From Squalus acanthias (lineage: Eukaryota): a stretch of DNA of 64,000 nucleotides. Both the position numbers and the translations under genes were made by a program. The stretch spans positions 41,106,001-41,170,000 of the forward strand of contig CM059444.1 of NCBI GenBank assembly GCA_030390025.1, read 5' to 3'. The notes beneath the pieces were generated by a model that was not told the DNA's origin, did not search any database, and saw nothing but the letters and a program-made list of their open reading frames with translations. Of this stretch, positions 59,401 through 64,000 are shown in pieces (position 1 is the first letter of the stretch; each line of letters starts with the position of its first letter).

Positions 59401-60166
59401 AGATTGTGGGTAGACAACCTCCAGATCATGCAATGCCTAGTCTTTATAGGTTCTTTCCTTATTTGCACAATTAGCAAAATGGTTGTAATAGTAAAACATA
59501 GGAGCAGTTGCCAGAGTAATTAAGAACATACATCTCAGAACAGTGTTTTGGATCCAATGCTGTTTAACAGTGGACTTGAAGCTGTATTGTGGCGAGCCAC
59601 TGAGACATGACATAAACAAATCTATTAATTTTATTTTCCCCTTATGTTTGACAAGTTTTTTTTAGGAAGGATTTCTAAAATGTGGTTACACAAGTGTATT
59701 TGTTGCATTATTTCAGACCTCATTTCAGAAAGCTGTTCCATACATTATCTGCATTGTACCATCATGCCAGTTTATCAACCAGATTTATAAAACGTTGTTC
59801 TCTTCATTTTAGGGAATAGCTGCACCAGGGATGACGAGAAAGTTCTCTGCTCCAGCGACATGCCCTACGTCAGCTGCTTTAGCACCAGGAAAATCAACAG
59901 TACCAGCAGGAATGTCAGCTACTCCTATCCCTGGTACAGTACCTGCTTACATGCTGCCTCTGTGTCAGTATGGTGGCGTGATCCCAGCACCGCTATATGG
60001 TGTACAATGGCCAGGTGTCTCAGGTCCAACTTCACAGCCTGGGGTATTAAATACTCAAGGAATATCCTCATTTCCATCTCTTAACAAAGGAGGCTTACAG
60101 ATGTTTCCAGTACCACTCCAAAAACCTATTATAAACCCATCTGGGTCCAACATGAGGACTACCTAG
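11181..60166 (+). CDS. wnk2: WNK lysine-deficient protein kinase 2-like gene, 3' portion (17 coding exons, 1417 aa; kinase domain upstream of window)
   Basis: The spliced translation contains the WNK2-type blocks [195 protein letters not shown] and [18 protein letters not shown]. All junctions are GT-AG and phase-compatible. The paralog call rests on recalled human WNK sequences. Confidence 0.92.
12249..12307 (+). CDS. wnk2: WNK2 exon B (59 nt, phase 0 to 2)
   Basis: Acceptor tttctataaacag, donor AA|gtaagt; encodes [19 protein letters not shown](N). It is required to reconcile the phases of the flanking exons and is absent from the ORF track. Confidence 0.85.
12993..13158 (+). CDS. wnk2: WNK2 exon C (166 nt)
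   Basis: Acceptor tcctccaaacag, donor AAT|gtgagt; [14 protein letters not shown]...KPKLTILN. Confidence 0.95.
13261..13377 (+). CDS. wnk2: WNK2 exon D (117 nt), second CCT-like (PF2-like) domain
   Basis: Acceptor ttccttacag, donor ATG|gtaagt; [39 protein letters not shown]. Confidence 0.96.
13512..13682 (+). CDS. wnk2: WNK2 exon E (171 nt)
   Basis: Acceptor ttctttaatag, donor CAG|gtatgt; [29 protein letters not shown]... Confidence 0.95.
13967..14135. mobile_element. Short GC-rich DNA-transposon remnant, possibly a hAT-type MITE
   Basis: Begins atgttccctctaat, a terminus I recall from vertebrate hAT MITEs; the right end is degenerate and no TSD was found. Confidence 0.4.
14694..14724 (+). 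CDS. wnk2: WNK2 exon F (31-nt mini-exon, phase 0 to 1)
   Basis: Acceptor tgtcactttgcag, donor AATG|gtgagc; [10 protein letters not shown], resembling the QQN that precedes VLHTG in WNK2. Confidence 0.85.
15095..15215 (-). mobile_element. Short LINE reverse transcriptase fragment
   Basis: Minus-strand translation [37 protein letters not shown]. Confidence 0.85.
16327..16446 (+). CDS. wnk2: WNK2 exon G (120 nt, phase 1-1) with RWFII motif
   Basis: Acceptor ttgttttag, donor CTGG|gtatga; (V)[17 protein letters not shown]... Confidence 0.92.
16853..18102 (+). CDS. wnk2: WNK2 exon H (1250 nt), large low-complexity exon
   Basis: Lies within ORF 16804..18162; acceptor tcactttttcag, donor AAT|gtaagt; contains [31 protein letters not shown]. 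Confidence 0.93.
20002..20715. mobile_element. PIF/Harbinger-type MITE
   Basis: Perfect 13-bp TIRs gggggcgattttg / caaaatcgccccc; the TSD is imperfect (tag vs ag). Confidence 0.78.
21620..22780 (-). mobile_element. Deu-like SINE split by a MITE
   Basis: SINE sequence at 21620-21763 resumes in register at 22537 and runs to the tRNA-like head near 22780. Confidence 0.75.
21767..22533. mobile_element. PIF/Harbinger-type MITE (767 bp)
   Basis: TIRs ggcccggatttcgcg / cgcaaaatccggacc; TSD ATT on both sides. Confidence 0.85.
23490..23598 (-). mobile_element. Deu-like SINE 3' tail fragment
   Basis: gacttgcatttatatagcacctttc...gtagtcactgttgtaatgtaggaaa matches the other copies. Confidence 0.75.
23953..24722. 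mobile_element. PIF/Harbinger-type MITE (770 bp), inverted relative of 21767-22533
   Basis: Perfect 16-bp TIRs gggccagattttgctg / cagcaaaatctggccc; flanks ctt/cat; the interior is a diverged reverse complement of the 21767 element. Confidence 0.85.
24724..25620 (-). mobile_element. Nested CR1 3' fragments with a SINE tail (about 25210-25310, + strand) inserted
   Basis: Two CR1 tails (about 24724 and 25078); peptide [37 protein letters not shown]; the SINE tail is flanked by near-duplicated cttacctac / cttgcctaa. Confidence 0.8.
25912..26135 (-). mobile_element. Deu-like SINE, partial
   Basis: Aligns by eye with the 1980-2345 copy. Confidence 0.7.
26520..26616 (+). CDS. wnk2: WNK2 exon I (97 nt, phase 0 to 1)
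   Basis: Acceptor atttttgtttcttgctcag (CAGCAG tandem), donor CAAG|gtgtgt; open frame [32 protein letters not shown]. Supported by splice signals and phase only. Confidence 0.7.
26850..27480 (-). mobile_element. L2-clade LINE 3' fragment
   Basis: [12 protein letters not shown] motif and an L2-type tail (aacttgcattttaatagc on the + strand). Confidence 0.8.
27545..28330 (+). mobile_element. CR1 LINE 3' fragment
   Basis: [39 protein letters not shown]; CR1 3' UTR and a ttcttatgttctt tail. Confidence 0.92.
28835..28932 (+). CDS. wnk2: WNK2 exon J (98 nt, phase 1 to 0), ends in RFQ
   Basis: Acceptor ttgttgtatttcag, donor CAG|gtatgt; (V)[32 protein letters not shown]. Completes RFQV with the next exon. 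Confidence 0.78.
29510..29910 (+). mobile_element. Highly decayed CR1-like RT fragment
   Basis: Residual motifs tttgctggtgac (FAGD), tgggctgaaatatgg, aaatgtaggataatgcat and ttttggtacccta. Confidence 0.5.
29998..30195. repeat. Polypyrimidine, C-rich low-complexity tract
   Basis: Almost entirely C/T, including long C runs. Confidence 0.85.
30346..30517. mobile_element. Short PIF/Harbinger-type MITE (172 bp)
   Basis: TIRs ggcctggaatttgc / gcaaattccggccc; flanks aat/att. Confidence 0.7.
31086..31744 (+). CDS. wnk2: WNK2 exon K (659 nt) with RFSV motif and acidic [10 protein letters not shown] segment
   Basis: Acceptor tttatttcag, donor AA|gtgtgt; in frame with ORF 31143..31814. Confidence 0.94.
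32138..32352 (+). CDS. wnk2: WNK2 exon L (215 nt), C-terminal coiled coil
   Basis: Acceptor ttctctctcctag, donor A|gtgagt; [29 protein letters not shown]. Confidence 0.95.
32642..32836 (+). CDS. wnk2: WNK2 exon M (195 nt, phase 1-1)
   Basis: Acceptor tttcctgttacag, donor CAAG|gtaact; ...[25 protein letters not shown]...GQ. Confidence 0.9.
33010..33640 (+). mobile_element. Highly decayed CR1-like 3' fragment
   Basis: tggcagatgaaatttaat (WQMKFN), gatctaggtgttttagta, ttttctgccttgaaagaagg and acatggaatgggtttcca. Confidence 0.6.
33677..34265. mobile_element. PIF/Harbinger-type MITE (589 bp)
   Basis: TIRs ggggtagattttaac / gttaaaatctcctcc; TSD AGT on both sides. Confidence 0.82.
37167..37911. 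mobile_element. PIF/Harbinger-type MITE (745 bp)
   Basis: TIRs ggcccagaaatta / taatttttgggcc; TSD AAT on both sides; GC-rich ends and an AT-rich core. Confidence 0.85.
40280..40660 (-). mobile_element. Deu-like SINE, near full length
   Basis: Runs from the tail aacttgcatttatataatg to the head ggcttgaatccagaaccttctgagtcag (reverse-complement B-box). Confidence 0.8.
41347..41445 (+). CDS. wnk2: WNK2 exon N (99 nt, phase 1-1)
   Basis: Acceptor attcattcgcag, weak donor ATCT|gtttgt; [33 protein letters not shown], close to the recalled human WNK2 peptide. Not in the ORF track. Confidence 0.92.
43032..43301. mobile_element. Tc1/mariner-pogo (Tigger-like) MITE, 270 bp
   Basis: TIRs caggaaactct / agagtttcctg flanked by TA; internal 29-bp tandem repeat at 43131-43207. 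Confidence 0.8.
44135..44388. repeat. Head-to-head inverted repeat (about 105-bp arms) of Penelope-like terminal sequence
   Basis: The left arm ggtcaggcagcat..gggttaacgttttagg..tatgacccttt..agaa mirrors the right arm ttct..aaagggtcata..cctgaaatgttaaccc..atgctgcctgatc; spacer about 20 nt. Confidence 0.75.
45883..46005 (+). mobile_element. 5'-truncated Penelope-like terminal fragment
   Basis: Flanked by the exact 8-bp duplication atgaaatt (45875-45882 and 46006-46013); contains ctccgaaagcttgtgatttcaaataaaa. Confidence 0.65.
46050..46780 (+). pseudogene. Decayed PIF/Harbinger DDE transposase
   Basis: Ordered motifs [12 protein letters not shown] (about 46100), IDYTHIAI (46317-46340), AHFPGS (about 46425-46442), RNIIEKTF (46618-46641) and [14 protein letters not shown] (46711-46752), with stops and deletions. 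Confidence 0.8.
48998..49385 (-). mobile_element. Deu-like SINE
   Basis: Aligns by eye with the other copies. Confidence 0.75.
50083..50180 (-). mobile_element. CR1 3' tail fragment
   Basis: catagaatttacagcactgaaacaggccattcagcc; same family as 63810-64000 and the end of 56225-56640. Confidence 0.7.
51130..51680 (+). mobile_element. Decayed L2 3' fragment containing a small CR1 tail (about 51403-51480)
   Basis: cttcaaatccctccatggc..taaaaacctcctt..ccaagctttt and the tail tatgttaaaggtggtaaataaatgcaa. Confidence 0.6.
52330..53495 (-). mobile_element. CR1 LINE 3' fragment (RT C-terminal half)
   Basis: [43 protein letters not shown]; tail at about 52330. Confidence 0.94.
54645..55660 (-). mobile_element. 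L2-clade LINE 3' fragment
   Basis: ORF 55078..55626 [45 protein letters not shown]; internal 21-bp duplication at about 55507-55548. Confidence 0.93.
56225..56640 (+). mobile_element. CR1 LINE 3' fragment
   Basis: [41 protein letters not shown] plus the 3' UTR. Confidence 0.9.
56965..57330 (-). mobile_element. Old tRNA-derived SINE (LF-SINE-like head)
   Basis: The minus strand reads ctttcacc..acctgggtctgaacccagcccaggccaatgaaagtttc..tgtgaaatga, resembling the recalled LF-SINE 5' region. Confidence 0.4.
58456..58497 (+). CDS. wnk2: WNK2 exon O (42 nt, phase 1-1)
   Basis: Acceptor ttttactttgtag, donor AGTA|gtaact; [14 protein letters not shown]. Not in the ORF track. Confidence 0.9.
58846..59120 (+). 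CDS. wnk2: WNK2 exon P (275 nt), S/Q-rich tract plus [12 protein letters not shown] helix
   Basis: Acceptor tttttattttcag, donor GAT|gtgagt. Confidence 0.95.
59813..60166 (+). CDS. wnk2: WNK2 terminal coding exon Q (354 nt including TAG)
   Basis: Acceptor tcttcattttag, phase 0; [14 protein letters not shown]...[16 protein letters not shown]. Confidence 0.9.
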   Translation, partial: GIAAPGMTRKFSAPATCPTSAALAPGKSTVPAGMSATPIPGTVPAYMLPLCQYGGVIPAPLYGVQWPGVSGPTSQPGVLNTQGISSFPSLNKGGLQMFPVPLQKPIINPSGSNMRTT

Positions 60167-61855
60167 CTTTATTGTGAAGAATCTGAGATAATAAGGGCAT
60201 AGGGGAAAACATTTTTGAGAACAGTTTCATTTAACTGCTTTCTTTATAAAGACAAAATTAAATATACTTGATTGTAGCTGAATACTATTGGCAGCCAGAG
60301 TGGGCTTGCTAGTGCACATAGCCATACATTGCAATGAGCAATCACTGTGAAATATTTTCACAAAGCATTGCTGAAAGCTAGATAGTTCTTGGGTGATAGT
60401 TGCATTTGTCTTGCAATTCAGACACTTTATATTTTGCTTTGTACATTTAACACTAGTAACCTTAAACTAAGTTTAACTTACTTGAATGGATATTGAGAAA
60501 TTTAATAACCCTGCAGGAGTACAGTGCCTTGAATTATGCTTTTCAGTCTCTGCTGGAAAGAAATATTTAGAAGGTTTTTATTTAAGTTTCTGCTGTGGTC
60601 TGTTGGACATGTTTTAATTTAGTTATGAAAGGCCTGAAGGTTTACAAGATGTCTGTTACTGGTAATTTAGTTACATGCACATGAACAATGAATATTTATA
60701 TCTGTTGCTTTACTGTTTGTCACATGAAAGTAACTAAATTAATGCTGCTAGAATTGTCTCCCTTTACCCAGGGGCTTAATATCACATGCATACAAAATGA
60801 TTTAGCTGCTGCTCAATCCACTTGCTTCTGTAGGGATAACTCAAGAGTAATTCTGATTCTAAATTTGTTTAGGAGAAAAATAAAAATGTGACCTTTATCT
60901 GCTACGTTTAAATATCTGCACATAAGTTCACCCAAGTTGTGGTATTGTTTTAGAGAAGCATTGAACTTTGTTTGAATTGCTGATATACCAACAGACAGTA
61001 TTAACACTACACAGCAATCTGTCATGTCTTTCATATTATCTTTTGCTTTTCAAAGATATGAACACTTTTTATTTATGTATACTTAACCATGAACGGATTT
61101 GGCTGAAATGAATATTTATCAGAAGGTTTGTTTGTATCTGGGGTAGCACTGGATGACTTTTGTCTGTTTAGTTAAACTGTAACTTATCCAGCATATAGGT
61201 TGCATTATTTTTGAACATAATCTGTGTTGGCATGGGGGAACAAATCTTACTGTTGTATTGTTGAGCCTCATGCAGAACTTGAATAGATAAAACACCAAGT
61301 GGAACACTTTGGGGGCAGAAAGGCAGCTGAGAGGTAAGCAAGGTAGATACGACGCTTTACAAAGTCAGTCTTGAAGGTATACTGCTCTGATTTCTTTCCT
61401 GCAATATTTTATACTACACGCTGAAAGGCAGAGATGTCTTGTGCTGCCAAGCTGTGAAGAATTGTATTGTTACTGTACTTCTGATTGTTACTGTCTAAAT
61501 TATTTTTGTTTTGTTTATACCCTTTAATATTCCATCAATTCAGTTAGAATTGGAATTTTATAGAACATTGTGCAGAGTCTTCTGCCTTGGCAAAATACTT
61601 CCCGTAGTAAGAGATTTCTGTTCTCTGTTATTTGTATCTTGCATTTATTTGTTTATATTTATGTCTGTATGCTTCATGAGCAAAAATGGAAAATCTAACC
61701 TAAAATCAGACATCTAATGCTTGCACTACGAACAATTGGATTGCTTTGCCTGTTAAATAGTCGACTTTTTTGTTTTACTGACATGGTCAGTGGCACTCAA
61801 ATCACAGAGATTGTAACTGTTTAAAGATATAAATAAAACATATTTTGTGCTTGAC
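60167..61855 (+). other. Probable WNK2 3' UTR
   Basis: AT-rich sequence with no recognisable repeats between the stop codon and a canonical poly(A) signal; the end coordinate is approximate. Confidence 0.6.
61832..61837 (+). terminator. Polyadenylation signal AATAAA
   Basis: AATAAA followed by T/GT-rich sequence (tattttgtgcttgactttgt...tttttgg); repeats resume about 140 bp later. Confidence 0.65.
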
Positions 61856-61974
61856 TTTGTATACTCAATTGTAACTTTTTTGGATGTTACTGTATATTAT
61901 CCAATTTAATAATTTTCAACATGGAGGTAATAGAAGTCGAGCCCTATTATTTTTTATTTGCTTTATTTTAATTG

Positions 61975-62290
61975 TTCTTGGGATGTGGCTGATGATGGCA
62001 AGGCAGTTTTTATTTCCCATCCCTAGTTGCCCTAAAGGTAATGAGTCAACCACGCAGTTTGGGTCCCCAGTCACATGTAGGCCAGACTGAGTAGGGGTTC
62101 CCTTCCCTGACCCACGAGTGAATCAGTTGGATGTTTACAACAATCCAGCAGTTTTCAAGGTCATTTTCTGGTACCATCCCACAAATTACCAGATTCATTG
62201 AATTCAATTTCACAACTTGCCATGGTGGAATTTGAACTCACGACCACTGGGTTGCTAGACCAGTACCATAGCTATTGCACTACAGTACCC
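61975..62290 (-). mobile_element. tRNA-derived SINE of a second family
   Basis: Reverse-complement B-box ggaatttgaactcacgacc and A-box-like end; the body resembles a recalled elasmobranch SINE. Confidence 0.6.
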
Positions 62291-62399
62291 TAACCTATTA
62301 TACTTCAAGCATTTTAACATTTCTGTTTTATATCCTTTTATATGACTTTAAGATAAAAATGTGCATTAAAGTTGACTGAGATTAAGGAAAAAAAATTTC

Positions 62400-62825
62400 A
62401 ACTAAATAGCACCTTATCATGTTCTTGGATGTTCCAAAGCACTTCACATACAATGAATTAGTCAACTTCATTATGTGGTAAACATTGTAGCTAATTTGTA
62501 CACAGCAGGATCCCACAACAGCAAATGGGCTGAACGAATAGTTGGTCTCTTTTTGATGGTATTGCTTGAGGGGGAAATATTGGCCAGGGCATCTGAAGAG
62601 CACGCTGCTCTTCAAATATTACTGTCGAATCTTTTAAATCCATCTGAACAGGCTGATAAAGCTTCAATTTAATGTCTGATCTGAGGGATGGCAACTCCAA
62701 CAATGTGGCACTTCCTCAGGACTATATTGAATTATCTGCCTAGACTATGTGTGAAGAACTGGATGGTGCTTGAATCTCCAAACTACTGACTTGGAGGTGA
62801 GAGTGCCACTAATTGAGCTAACTGA
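62400..62825 (-). mobile_element. Deu-like SINE, near full length
   Basis: Aligns with the other copies; head gcttgaatctccaaactactgacttggaggtgagagtgccactaattgagcta. Confidence 0.78.
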
Positions 62826-63809
62826 AGAGTTCTTTTGTCCTTGTCAGAGAAAGAAATTACACACAATCTATTCAGGTATAATCTCAATGTCGATGTTTGT
62901 ATTCATAAGTCAATTCCATTGGAAATTATCTCATACATGGAAACTTGCAGACATCTATTGGACACTGAGATTGTGCATGGAGCTAAACTGTCTATTTAAG
63001 AGAAGGTTGGCTGTTTAAGATGTAAGGTAGATGTCAAAAGCAAACAAAAACACTAGAATGGAAGACTGTTCATACTCTAATTGAATGGTAAAATTGACTC
63101 TTAACATGTTTGCCTGCCTAGTGGGAAGTGATTCTTTGTTCTTGTGTGTTGTAATTGGACTCCGAAGAATTGCATAAGAGATGTAGGCTCCCTCTTTGCC
63201 TACCTATTTCCATATTGTGGCAGCTGGAAGGGCTCTGTGGAGATGAACACCTGCATTATATTCATCAGATACTCCATTAAAAGATTCTAGACTCGTTTAG
63301 TTTCAGGGCAGTCAAAGTCATATTGTAATGCTGCTTTATTCTTTTGCTTCTGTATAATTGAAGTAGATTTTCTGAGTACACTAGTGATACAGGAGGGAGA
63401 GGGTCATAAAATTTCAAAAGTAGGCCTTCTTACCTACACCAGAGTTGTGCAGCCAAACTCTGCTGAGATAATTGGAGGCTCTTGCTGCCTTTAAGCCTTC
63501 ACAAACCAAGTAAATTAAGTTTGCATTTATCTACCTGGAATTTTACATAAATGTGGCTTAATTGCTGAAGGCATGAATAAATCAGACATAATTTCAAATT
63601 CAATTGGCCTTCATGAATGAGTTTCTTAGAAATATGTTTAGGTCAGTTGTTAATGAGTGAGTGATGACCGTGAAGGTAGATTTTTTTTTTTTTGCCGGGG
63701 GCCTGCATTTAATTTGGTGTATTGCTTTATTTTACATTTTTTCAATTTTTGGGTTTATTTTAATTGTTTCTGTTCACTATCTAGCAATGAAGTGAATTCA
63801 TGTCTATTT

Positions 63810-64000
63810 ACATAGTATTTACAGCACAGAAACAGGCCATTCGGCTCAACAGGTCAATGCCATTGCTTATGCTCCACACGAGCCTTCTTCTGACCCTATC
63901 AACATATCCTTCTATTCCTTTCTCCCTCGTGTGTTTATCTAGCTTCCCCTTAAATGCATCTATGCTGGTCGCCTCTACTACGCCTTGTGGTAGTGAGTTC
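63810..64000 (-). mobile_element. CR1 3' end (continues past the window)
   Basis: Reverse-complement match to the 3' UTR of the 56225-56640 copy. Confidence 0.85.

Noticed and set aside
11181-60166. Calling the gene WNK1, WNK3 or WNK4
   Set aside because: Only the last exon looks WNK1-like. The blocks [44 protein letters not shown] and [11 protein letters not shown] match recalled WNK2.
61139-61391. Possible long-range 3' UTR stem (tggggtag..atgacttttgt with acaaagtca..ctgctctg), or a SECIS-like element
   Set aside because: The pairing relies on many G-U pairs and bulges, the geometry is not SECIS-like, and the reconstructed CDS has no in-frame TGA.
1980-62825. tRNA genes suggested by A/B-box-like motifs
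   Set aside because: These are degenerate SINE heads with no cloverleaf.
1-64000. A previously undescribed multi-gene system
   Set aside because: One host gene plus known classes of transposable element explain all the coding signal I can see. The remaining unique intronic DNA (for example 34300-37100 and 38000-41300) cannot be judged without comparative alignment.

Overview
Eukaryotic genomic DNA, very probably from a cartilaginous fish; this taxon call is inferred from the repeat families. The + strand carries the 3' part of a WNK-family kinase gene, best matched to WNK2. I reconstructed 17 coding exons by hand between 11181 and the stop at 60166. All introns are GT-AG and all phases are consistent, giving 4254 nt (1417 aa + stop). 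The kinase-domain exons lie upstream of the window. A ~1.7 kb 3' UTR follows, with AATAAA at 61832. The introns are dense with mobile DNA: CR1 and L2 LINE fragments (one near-full-length CR1), Deu-domain-like and other tRNA SINEs, at least seven PIF/Harbinger-type MITEs with short TIRs and 3-bp target duplications, a decayed Harbinger transposase, a TA-flanked Tc1/pogo-type MITE, and Penelope-like hammerhead-core remnants. I found no convincing wholly new biological system. The best leads are gene-structure features (a WNK1-like last exon, an RFQV docking motif created by a splice junction, and a candidate exon that reads as a stop or as sense depending on its upstream partner) and the nested Harbinger history. 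All family and orthology calls come from recalled motifs, not database searches. Repeat boundaries are approximate unless TIRs or TSDs are given.
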